Assembly (NCBI GenBank): GCA_004356015.1
Contig: SMYD01000008.1
Location: forward strand, 1-51,728
Length of the DNA stretch: 51,728 bases
From: Acidobacteriota bacterium
Lineage (GTDB): Bacteria; Acidobacteriota; Polarisedimenticolia; SMYD01
Direction of reading: 5' to 3'
The notes under the pieces were generated by a model that worked only from the letters and a program-made list of their open reading frames with translations, did no database searches and was not told the origin of the DNA. Of this stretch, positions 51,728-51,728 are shown in pieces. The position numbers and the translations under genes were made by a program. Each line of letters starts with the position of its first letter. The first letter of the stretch is position 1.

Positions 51728-51728
51728 G

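Overview
High-GC bacterial chromosomal window, mostly housekeeping and envelope genes. Gene content and order are consistent with a diderm such as Acidobacteriota, which is inference only. It contains a CIRCE-controlled groES-groEL operon and several peptidases (M14, S41/CtpA, S45). It also has tatA/B-tatC, an LPS core/Kdo block (GT2, GT4-kinase fusion, GT9, trm112-like, lapA-like, kdsB-pyrG-kdsA-kdsD-kdsC), an OmpA protein with thrombospondin-3 repeats, icd, mdh, pduO, surE, pabB, sulfatase-like proteins and a lower-GC five-gene block at about 37.4-41.8 kb. I found no rRNA, tRNA, CRISPR array or transposase. The best candidate for an undescribed system is a translationally coupled pair divergent from groESL. 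It comprises a single-ring ClpA/C-D2-type AAA+ ATPase with a ClpP-docking-like IGY loop and an unusual N-terminal domain, plus a partner with a zincin-like EExxH...E motif. Other oddities are a 1013-aa three-module outer-membrane protein, deletion-scarred gene remnants at both ends of the window, and a G8 tract in a promoter spacer. All family calls come from motif recognition, not database searches.
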